A stretch of DNA of 64,000 bases from Candidatus Omnitrophota bacterium (lineage in GTDB: Bacteria > Omnitrophota > Omnitrophia > Omnitrophales > Aquincolibacteriaceae): contig JAKJDL010000005.1 of the NCBI GenBank assembly GCA_022705945.1, positions 15,825-79,824 on the forward strand, written 5' to 3'. Made by a program: the position numbers and the translations under genes. This document shows, piece after piece, positions 57,161 through 64,000 of this stretch; within the stretch, counting starts at the first letter, position 1, and each line of letters begins with the position of its first letter. The notes under the pieces are model-generated. The model was not told the origin of the DNA, did not search any database, and saw only the letters and a list, made by a program, of their open reading frames with translations.

Positions 57161-60100
57161 TTGATTGCTGGGAGACAACGAATGCCCCATGATTATTCCG
57201 AAGACCAACTTGTAGAGCAGCCGGCGATACGGCTCTTTAAGGAGCTTGACTGGGACACGACTTCAGCTCTTGAGGAAGTCCTTGGTCCAGGTGGGACGCT
57301 GGATCGTGAAACGAAGTCAGAAGTTGTTCTCATCTCCCGGTTGCGCGCAGTACTTGTCCGACTGAATCCCGCGTTACCACCTGAAGCCATCACAAGCGCC
57401 ATTGATGAACTGATTCGCAACCGTTCGGCGACGAGTCTTGCCGGCGCTAACCGCGAAGTCTCTGAGCTTCTCCGGGAAGGTGTAAAGGTTTCGGTTTCTG
57501 ACCGTGAGCACGGCGGGCAGAAGACGGAGAGAGTTCGGATCATTGATTGGGATAATCCCGCGTCCAACGACTTCCTTCTTGTCAGTCAGTTCACTGTAAC
57601 CGGGCCGTTATATACCTGCCGGCCGGATCTGGTGGGATTTGTGAACGGGATTCCGTTTGTGGTGATCGAACTGAAGAAGCCCGGCGTTCCTGTCCAGCAG
57701 GGGTTTGACGATAATCTGACCAGCTATAAACATCCGCAAAACGGTATTCCGCAACTCTTCTGGTATAACGCGCTCCTTATCGTCTCAAACGGCACGGACA
57801 GCCGTGTCGGGTCTGTTACGGCCGGATGGGATCATTTCGGGGAATGGAAACGCGTGAAAAGCGAGGCCGAACCACGCACGGTATCGCTTGAAAAGATGAT
57901 ACGCGGGACCTGCGCCAAAGAACGGCTGTTGGATCTAGCTGAAAACTTCACCGTCTTTTCGGAACAAAGAGCCGGGCTTTTGAAAATCTTGGCGCGAAAC
58001 CATCAGTATCTTGGTGTTAATAATGTGTTGTCGGCTCTTCAGGATGTCAAACGAAAGCACAGTCAGCTTGGTGTGTTCTGGCACACGCAAGGTTCGGGCA
58101 AGAGTTTTTCCATGGTCTATTTTTCTCAGAAGGTTCTGCGGAAGATACAGGGGAACTGGACTTTTGTCATAGTGACTGACCGGACGGAACTGGACGATCA
58201 GATCTACCGGACTTTCAAGGCGTGCGGTGCTACGAGCGAACATTGTCAGGCCGAAAGCTCCGCACATTTAAGACAGCTTCTTGGCGAGAATCACCGGTAT
58301 GTTTTTACTCTCATCCACAAATTCCGAACCGAGAACGGGACTCCTCATCCGATATTGAGCGATCGCAATGACATCATCGTGTTGACCGACGAAGCCCACA
58401 GGAGTCAATACGACACGCTGGCGCTCAACATGCGGACGGCTTTGCCCAACGCTTTGTTTCTTGCCTTTACCGGCACGCCGCTCATTAAGGGCGAAGAAGA
58501 ACGGACCCGTGAAGTCTTTGGTGATTATATTTCGGTCTATGACTTCCAGCAGTCGGTTGAGGACGGTGCGACTGTTCCTCTGTTCTATGAAAACAGGACG
58601 CCCGAATTAAGACTGAAGAACCCGGATCTGAATGACCAGATTTATGATCTGATCGATGAAGCGGGGCTGGATCCGGCTCACGAAGAACGGTTGGAGCAAG
58701 AGCTGGGACGGCAGTATCACATTATTACCCGCGATGACCGTCTGGATACGATTGCCCAGGACATTGTCCGAAACTTTCTGGGGCGGGGGTTTATCGGTAA
58801 GGCGATGGTCGTATCGATCGATAAGGCAACGGCGCTCCGGATGCATGACAAGGTCCGGAAGTATTGGGCGGAAGATCTCAAGAGAACACAGAAGGAATGG
58901 GATGAGATCACATCTTCCGGAGACAAGTATGATTCGGAAAAGAGGCGTGTCCTTGAAGAACGGTTGAAGCTGCTTAAAGAGACCGACATGGCCGTTGTGG
59001 TCTCGCCGGGGCAGAATGAGATCGAACAAATGAGAGCTCTCGGGCTTGATATCGTTCCGCACCGGGAGCGGATGAACAGAGAGCCTCTGGATGAGAAATT
59101 TAAGGACCCGAAAGATCCATTCCGGATCGTGTTCCTTTGCGCGATGTGGCTCACCGGTTTTGATGCGGAGTGTTGCTCGACTATTTATCTGGACAAGCCG
59201 ATGCGGAACCACACTTTGATGCAGACCATCGCCCGGGCGAACCGTGTTTTTCCCGGTAAATACAACGGTTTGGTCGTGGACTATGCGAATGTTTTTGCGT
59301 CCCTGGAGCGGGCGCTTGCGATTTACGGTAAGAGGAAAGGTGGAGAAAGGCCGGTCCGAGACAAGAAAAAGCTCGTTGAAAATCTCCGGAAGGCGGTTGA
59401 GGATGCGGTGAAGTTCTGTGATAAACACGGGGTCAGTATCAAGTCGATCGAAAAGATACCGGCCGGAACGATGGACAGGCTTACCGCTATTGCTGAAGCG
59501 GTTAACCCGCTCATTTCGCCGGATAAGGTGCGAAAGGACTTTTTCGCCGCAGAGAAGCTGGCAATGACACTTTATAACGCGGTTAAACCGGATCCGGTGG
59601 TCCTGGAATTTTCTTCCAGAATTAGCTGTCTTGCGACCATTGCGAATGTTATCCGGGAACGGACCGGCGGAAATGTTCCTGTCGATATCACGGCCATTAT
59701 GGGGGATATTAACCGCCTGCTTGATGAGTCGATTGAAGCTGAGGGCTTCAGGATCAGGGAAAAGACAGGTAGCGGGATCGAAGGCGTTATTGATCTCAGC
59801 CGGATTGATTTCGAGGCCCTGGCCAGGCAGTTCAAGAAATCCAAGTGCAAGAATCTGGGGCTGGAGTCGCTAAAGGCGGCGATCCGCGCCCAGCTGGAAC
59901 GTCTGATCCGGCTTAACAGGAACCGTGCTGATTATCTGGCTAAGTTCGAGGAGCTGATCGAGTCTTACAATGCGGGGAGCCGGAATATCGAGGAGTTGTT
60001 CAGGGAACTTCTGGTTTTCAGCCGGTCGTTGAATGAGGAAGAGAAGAGGCATGTTCGGGAAAACCTGAGCGAAGAAGAACTGACGATTTTTGATGTTCTG

Positions 60101-60379
60101 GTCCGCCCCGGTCCGGATCTTTCATCCGACGAGCGGGAGCAGGTCAAGAAGGTAGCCAGGGAGCTCCTTCAAAGGCTTCGGTCTTTATTTGTGATCAACT
60201 GGCGGGAAAGGGTTCAAACCCGAGCGCGGGTGGTGGAAGCCATCAAGGATGAACTGGATCGACTCCCGGGTGGATACACGCAAGACCTTTACCAGCTAAA
60301 ATGTTCAGCCGTGTTTGAGCATGTCTACGAGAGTTACTTTGGCGAGGGTAATAGCGTTTTTGTATCTTCGCAATCCTGA
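57161..60379 (+). CDS. hsdR: Type I restriction enzyme, R (endonuclease/translocase) subunit
   Basis: HsdR N-terminal nuclease region. SF2 helicase motifs ('HTQGSGKS', 'VLTDEAHRSQY', 'FTGTPL'). 1072 aa. Alternative ATG at 57182. Confidence 0.9.
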   Translation: MIAGRQRMPHDYSEDQLVEQPAIRLFKELDWDTTSALEEVLGPGGTLDRETKSEVVLISRLRAVLVRLNPALPPEAITSAIDELIRNRSATSLAGANREVSELLREGVKVSVSDREHGGQKTERVRIIDWDNPASNDFLLVSQFTVTGPLYTCRPDLVGFVNGIPFVVIELKKPGVPVQQGFDDNLTSYKHPQNGIPQLFWYNALLIVSNGTDSRVGSVTAGWDHFGEWKRVKSEAEPRTVSLEKMIRGTCAKERLLDLAENFTVFSEQRAGLLKILARNHQYLGVNNVLSALQDVKRKHSQLGVFWHTQGSGKSFSMVYFSQKVLRKIQGNWTFVIVTDRTELDDQIYRTFKACGATSEHCQAESSAHLRQLLGENHRYVFTLIHKFRTENGTPHPILSDRNDIIVLTDEAHRSQYDTLALNMRTALPNALFLAFTGTPLIKGEEERTREVFGDYISVYDFQQSVEDGATVPLFYENRTPELRLKNPDLNDQIYDLIDEAGLDPAHEERLEQELGRQYHIITRDDRLDTIAQDIVRNFLGRGFIGKAMVVSIDKATALRMHDKVRKYWAEDLKRTQKEWDEITSSGDKYDSEKRRVLEERLKLLKETDMAVVVSPGQNEIEQMRALGLDIVPHRERMNREPLDEKFKDPKDPFRIVFLCAMWLTGFDAECCSTIYLDKPMRNHTLMQTIARANRVFPGKYNGLVVDYANVFASLERALAIYGKRKGGERPVRDKKKLVENLRKAVEDAVKFCDKHGVSIKSIEKIPAGTMDRLTAIAEAVNPLISPDKVRKDFFAAEKLAMTLYNAVKPDPVVLEFSSRISCLATIANVIRERTGGNVPVDITAIMGDINRLLDESIEAEGFRIREKTGSGIEGVIDLSRIDFEALARQFKKSKCKNLGLESLKAAIRAQLERLIRLNRNRADYLAKFEELIESYNAGSRNIEELFRELLVFSRSLNEEEKRHVRENLSEEELTIFDVLVRPGPDLSSDEREQVKKVARELLQRLRSLFVINWRERVQTRARVVEAIKDELDRLPGGYTQDLYQLKCSAVFEHVYESYFGEGNSVFVSSQS

Positions 60380-60428
60380 GTGTACCGGGATCTATTCTCA
60401 AAGCCGCAAATTTCAAAAGCAAGATACC

Positions 60429-60567
60429 ATCCTTCCGCTAATTATGTAATGTGTCTCCGGTGTTCTGGGGTATAATTCCGCTTATGTCGAACGATCAGAT
60501 CATGCCTTCCGGCTATCGAAAGCTTCTTGCGGAGATTGTCGGTCTCTATGATAGCGCGCGGCGGACG
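60429..60567 (+). repeat. Right 139-bp direct repeat (attR-like), forming the 5' end of the intact DUF1016-nuclease gene
   Basis: Identical to 49802-49940. Confidence 0.9.
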
Positions 60568-61482
60568 CTGGTTCACGCGCACTGGGAGATCGGAAAGCGG
60601 ATTGTCCGGATTGAGCAGGACGGCGCCGCCCGCGCGGCTTACGGGGCGGGACTGCTTGTGAGGCTCTCTGAGGACCTGACCCGGGAAAGAGGAGTCGGGT
60701 TTTCGCCGAGCAGTATCAAGCGGTTCCGGCAGTTTTATCTGTTGCACCCAAAAGGTGCGCCGGCGCACCTTTTGACCTGGGCGCATCACGCGGAGCTTCT
60801 CACGGTCCGTGACCGAAAGACCCGGTTACTGCTCGAAAAACGCGCGGATGAGCAGGGGATGACCCGTGATGAACTGCGAAAGTTGATCCGCGAAAGGCGC
60901 GGAATTGGAAAAGGCGATCGGGGTGAGGTCGCTGACGGGACGCCCCTTGTCCCGAAAAAGGGACCGCTCGGCCTTTATCAGATCAGAAGCGGAGCTGACA
61001 TCGGGTGGCCGCGGTCCGGCGTGCTTGTTTTTGACCACGGGTTTCGTTTTTATGATGCGCTGGACGACACGCAGGCGCAAGGTCTCGCGGCGGGTGATTT
61101 TGTGGAGGAGCGGGACGGTAAGCTCGTGAAGGCGGATCAAGCGAAGCGGCCCGGTTATACCTACACGGCTTATTTGCAGGAGGTGATCGACGGGGACACG
61201 CTCCGGGTCGCGCTGGATGCGGGGCTTGGAGGAATTGCCCGTCAAAAGCTGCGCTTGCGCGGGATCGACTGTCCCGAGATCGATACGCCGGAAGGGAAGG
61301 CCGCGAAAGTGTTTGTCGAGACTGTCCTGGAGGAAATTTCCTCGATGACCGTTTACACCTCAAGGAATGCCACTCACGACCGCTATGAGGCGGATGTGTT
61401 TTTTAATGACCAAGACGGCCGGGAAGTTTTCCTGAACGGTCTTTTGCTGGACACGCGACACGCCGTCCGGATGAAGAGGTAA
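60484..61482 (+). CDS. DUF1016 (YhcG-like) N-terminal domain fused to staphylococcal-nuclease (SNase/thermonuclease) domain
   Basis: N-terminus 'YRKLLAEIVGLYDSARRTLVHAHWEIGKRIV...SIKRFRQFY' matches the DUF1016 N-terminal pattern. C-terminus 'VIDGDTLRV...RLRGIDCPE...GKAAKVFVE' matches SNase. The TATAAT lies only about 8 nt upstream of the ATG (possible leaderless transcript). ORF open from 60451 (GTG). Confidence 0.7.
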   Translation: MSNDQIMPSGYRKLLAEIVGLYDSARRTLVHAHWEIGKRIVRIEQDGAARAAYGAGLLVRLSEDLTRERGVGFSPSSIKRFRQFYLLHPKGAPAHLLTWAHHAELLTVRDRKTRLLLEKRADEQGMTRDELRKLIRERRGIGKGDRGEVADGTPLVPKKGPLGLYQIRSGADIGWPRSGVLVFDHGFRFYDALDDTQAQGLAAGDFVEERDGKLVKADQAKRPGYTYTAYLQEVIDGDTLRVALDAGLGGIARQKLRLRGIDCPEIDTPEGKAAKVFVETVLEEISSMTVYTSRNATHDRYEADVFFNDQDGREVFLNGLLLDTRHAVRMKR

Positions 61483-61483
61483 G

Positions 61484-61600
61484 ATGAAAGTGCTGTCAAA
61501 GACTTTCAGCTGCCCTGATTCCTGTTTATCTCAAGGGAGATCAGGACTGCAAAAGTCCCGGTAAATGAATGAAAGTATTATTGAAGACTTTCGGCTGGCC
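61484..61600 (+). promoter_or_regulatory. Two copies of an imperfect palindromic about 33-bp motif (TGAAAGT-N10-ACTTTCA) upstream of the DUF4062 gene
   Basis: ATGAAAGTGCTGTCAAAGACTTTCAGCTGCCC (61484-61516) and ATGAAAGTATTATTGAAGACTTTCGGCTGGCC (61566-61598). Confidence 0.5.
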
Positions 61601-61718
61601 ATTGGCCCCGCGTTTACACCCGCCTTTGCGCCATACTTTTTAAGCTCTACCCGTGAGCAGTTTGGTATAATCCGCAAAGGTTCGTGGCGTTTTTAATCGT
61701 GTGGCAGGGGAAGGCAAA

Positions 61719-63272
61719 ATGACCAAGCGCAAGATATTCATCAGCAGCGTTCAGAAGGAGTTCAAGGATGAGCGGGCCGCCTTGAGGGATTTTATCTCCG
61801 GCGATCCCTTGTGCAGGCGCTACTTTGACTGTTTTCTTTTCGAAGATATTCCCGCCCAGGACCGCAGGCCGGACGCCGTCTATATCGATGAAGTCAGGGA
61901 TTGCGATATCTATGTGTGTCTTCTCGGCAATGAATACGGAGCTGAAGATGCCCGCGGATCTTCGGCTACGGAGCGGGAATTCAGGGAGGCGACGGAGCGC
62001 GGAAAGACGCGGCTTCTTTTTGTCAAAAACACGACTGAAAAAGACCGTCACCCTAAAACAGCTAAATTGATCAACAGAGCCGGCAACGAGGTTATTCGCC
62101 GGAGGTTTTCCAACGCCCCGGAATTGATCTCGCAACTGTATGCAGCCCTTGTGCAGTATTTGGAGGAGCAGTGTCTTTTGCAGACCGTTCCGTTCGATGC
62201 TGCTTCCTGCCGCAATGCTGTTTTGGGCGACATTGACGAATCTGCCGTTGGGAATTTTCTTGAGGCTGCCCGGGCCGAACGCAAGTTCCCCTTGCCGCCA
62301 CGCACTTCGGCGAAAAAGCTTTTCACTCATTTGAACCTATTCAATAACGGCAAGCTGACGCATGCCGCGGTCCTGTTGTTCTGCAGGAATCCCCAGAAGT
62401 TCCGCGCCCTGTTATGTGCCGAGGTTAAATGTATGCATTTTCACGGGACCGAGGTGCAAAAGCCGATCCCTTCGTACCAAACCTACCGGGGAACATTGTT
62501 CGAACAGGTTGATGAAGCTGTTGATTTCGTGCTCGGTAAACTGGATCGCACGGTCACGCCCAGCAAAACCGCTGTTGCGAGCGATGTATCGTATGAGATA
62601 CCCAAAATGGTGATCCGCGAAGCAATCGTTAACGCGGTCGCGCATCGGGATTACACATCCAACGCAGGCGTTCAGGTCATGCTGTTTGCGGATCGACTTG
62701 AGATCTGGAACCCAGGGGCACTTCCTGAAGGGATGACGCCGGCGACCCTACGGAAAGCCCATGCCTCTGTGCCGAGAAACCCGCTGATCAGCGATCCGCT
62801 TTTCTGGGCGAGATACATTGAACGGGCGGGAACCGGAACGATCGACATGATCGCTCTGTGCAAGAAAATGAAGATCCCGGAGCCTTCGTTTCAGCAGCGG
62901 GGAGGTCAGTTCGTCCTGATAATCCGTCGCAAGAAGAAGGCCCCTCCGAAAGCCCGGCCCATCACCCACGAGGTTCAGGGACCAAGTCGGCACCAAGTCG
63001 GCACCAAGTTGGCACTAAGTCAGCACCAAGTTGAGATATTGCATAAGTGTCAGGCTGAGAGCAGGATAGCCGATCTCATGAAGATCACTGGGCGGACAGA
63101 TCGCACCAAGTTCAGGCATCAGGTGCTTAGTCCTCTCGCAGATGCGGGATTGATCGAAATGACGGTTCCTGACAAACCCCAAAGCAGTAATCAGAAGTAC
63201 CGGTTGACGGAAAAAGGGGTTGCGTATTTACAAGGGCGCAAAAGGGCTGCGTGCTTCACGGCAAAGTTGTGA
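61719..63272 (+). CDS. DUF4062 - AlbA_2 (Schlafen-like) - HATPase_c_4 - wHTH protein
   Basis: N-terminus 'KIFISSVQKEFKDERAALRDFI...CDIYVCLLGNEYG' (DUF4062 pattern). Central AlbA_2-like region. 'IREAIVNAVAHRDY' (HATPase_c_4). C-terminal wHTH. RBS GGGGAAGG. ORF open from 61701. Confidence 0.65.
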   Translation: MTKRKIFISSVQKEFKDERAALRDFISGDPLCRRYFDCFLFEDIPAQDRRPDAVYIDEVRDCDIYVCLLGNEYGAEDARGSSATEREFREATERGKTRLLFVKNTTEKDRHPKTAKLINRAGNEVIRRRFSNAPELISQLYAALVQYLEEQCLLQTVPFDAASCRNAVLGDIDESAVGNFLEAARAERKFPLPPRTSAKKLFTHLNLFNNGKLTHAAVLLFCRNPQKFRALLCAEVKCMHFHGTEVQKPIPSYQTYRGTLFEQVDEAVDFVLGKLDRTVTPSKTAVASDVSYEIPKMVIREAIVNAVAHRDYTSNAGVQVMLFADRLEIWNPGALPEGMTPATLRKAHASVPRNPLISDPLFWARYIERAGTGTIDMIALCKKMKIPEPSFQQRGGQFVLIIRRKKKAPPKARPITHEVQGPSRHQVGTKLALSQHQVEILHKCQAESRIADLMKITGRTDRTKFRHQVLSPLADAGLIEMTVPDKPQSSNQKYRLTEKGVAYLQGRKRAACFTAKL

Positions 63273-63559
63273 TTCATGAAGGCCGTATGGATTCTGACCG
63301 GGGGATGAAAGGCCTCAAGAGCTGTGTCTCCTTGGAAAAAGGGAAACGGAAGCACGGGGAAATGATATGATATGAAACTGAGAGCGAGCGGAATGCCGTG
63401 AATTTTCGAATTCGATGTGAAAATGATTGGCTGTGCAATCTTGGGAAATGGTTTTTAGCCTATCGACAGAAAGAAGAAGGGAATTAATATTGAGAAGAAC
63501 TTTAAAACAAAGACCTGAATAAAAGTGGTAAAAGATTTATTTCTAAAAAGGGGGGTGTT

Positions 63560-64000
63560 ATGGGAATGTTTTGTTTTCAATGTCAGGAAACTGCAAAAAA
63601 TATCGGTTGCGCGATAAAAGGAGTCTGTGGGAAGCCCGAAGAAACCGCTGGTTTGCAAGATTTGCTTATTGAAGTGTGTAAGGGGATTTCGTTTTTCGGC
63701 AGGCGCCTTAAGGAAATTGAATCGGTGGATAAAAAGTTTGGAAAATTCATTTGCCAGTCACTGTTTGTTACTATAACTAATGCCGCTTGGGATGATGACG
63801 CGATAATTGTTAGAATTAAGGAAGGCATTGCGGTCAGGAATGAGATAAAGAAGACTTTCTTGGATGCGCACAAAAAGAAATATGGGCAAGATTTTTCAGA
63901 AGTTTTTCCTGGTTGCGCGGTATGGAGCTTCGATAAAAAAGATGAGATCCTTGCAAAAGCCCAATCCGACGACCTCAGGATTAATGTCAACGACAATGAG
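63560..64000 (+). CDS. hcp: Hydroxylamine reductase / hybrid cluster protein, 3'-truncated by the window edge
   Basis: 'MGMFCFQCQETAKNIGC...GVCGK' is the canonical Hcp N-terminal cysteine cluster. RBS AAAAAGGGGGG. Open to the window end. Not in the ORF track because no stop lies within the window. Confidence 0.8.
   Translation, partial: MGMFCFQCQETAKNIGCAIKGVCGKPEETAGLQDLLIEVCKGISFFGRRLKEIESVDKKFGKFICQSLFVTITNAAWDDDAIIVRIKEGIAVRNEIKKTFLDAHKKKYGQDFSEVFPGCAVWSFDKKDEILAKAQSDDLRINVNDNE

Noticed and set aside
49802-60567. An integrase or transposase within the repeat-flanked island.
   Set aside because: Each island ORF was read for tyrosine or serine recombinase or DDE motifs and none was found. 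The island is therefore described as integrase-less and possibly decayed.

Overview
A 64 kb chromosomal segment (about 50% GC) from an anaerobic, fermentative bacterium, probably an uncultivated lineage. Nearly every gene is on the + strand. In order, the window holds:
- a DUF547 gene fragment
- rplU-rpmA-obg
- proB-proA-nadD
- two CNNM/CBS genes
- a ParA-family operon with unusual partners
- a COG1579 zinc-ribbon gene
- a truncated dcw cluster (mraZ, a STAS gene, rsmH, ftsL, ftsI) that stops abruptly at a tRNA-Pro(CGG) followed by a 74-bp x 3.7 tandem repeat array and an orphan promoter/terminator pair
- rsfS-argS-miaA-hflX
- a transaldolase/PGI fusion
- a LysM amidase
- a KTSC protein
- an SNF-type transporter
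- a 3384-aa giant signal-peptide protein
- PFOR, ADP-forming acetyl-CoA synthetase and a cytidylate-kinase-like gene
- class III RNR (nrdD, a separate glycyl-radical mini-protein, nrdG)
- a MATE transporter
- a roughly 10.6 kb defence island
- a DUF1016-thermonuclease fusion and a DUF4062-AlbA_2-HATPase_c_4 protein
- the 5' end of hcp.
The giant protein is the most unusual feature. It combines a zincin HExxH motif, a PRTase-like motif, a eukaryotic-like protein-kinase motif set, two SAM-methyltransferase domains and a possible TraB/Tiki-like N-terminus. It is preceded by a sharply AT-rich region.
The defence island is bounded by perfect 139-bp direct repeats. It carries a decayed Fic gene, a wHTH + nucleotidyltransferase (AbiE-like) pair with a palindromic operator and a disrupted metallophosphatase, and a complete type I R-M system with a DUF3800 gene inserted between hsdS and hsdR. 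No integrase is present.
All product calls come from motif-level reading of the translations; no database searches were run.
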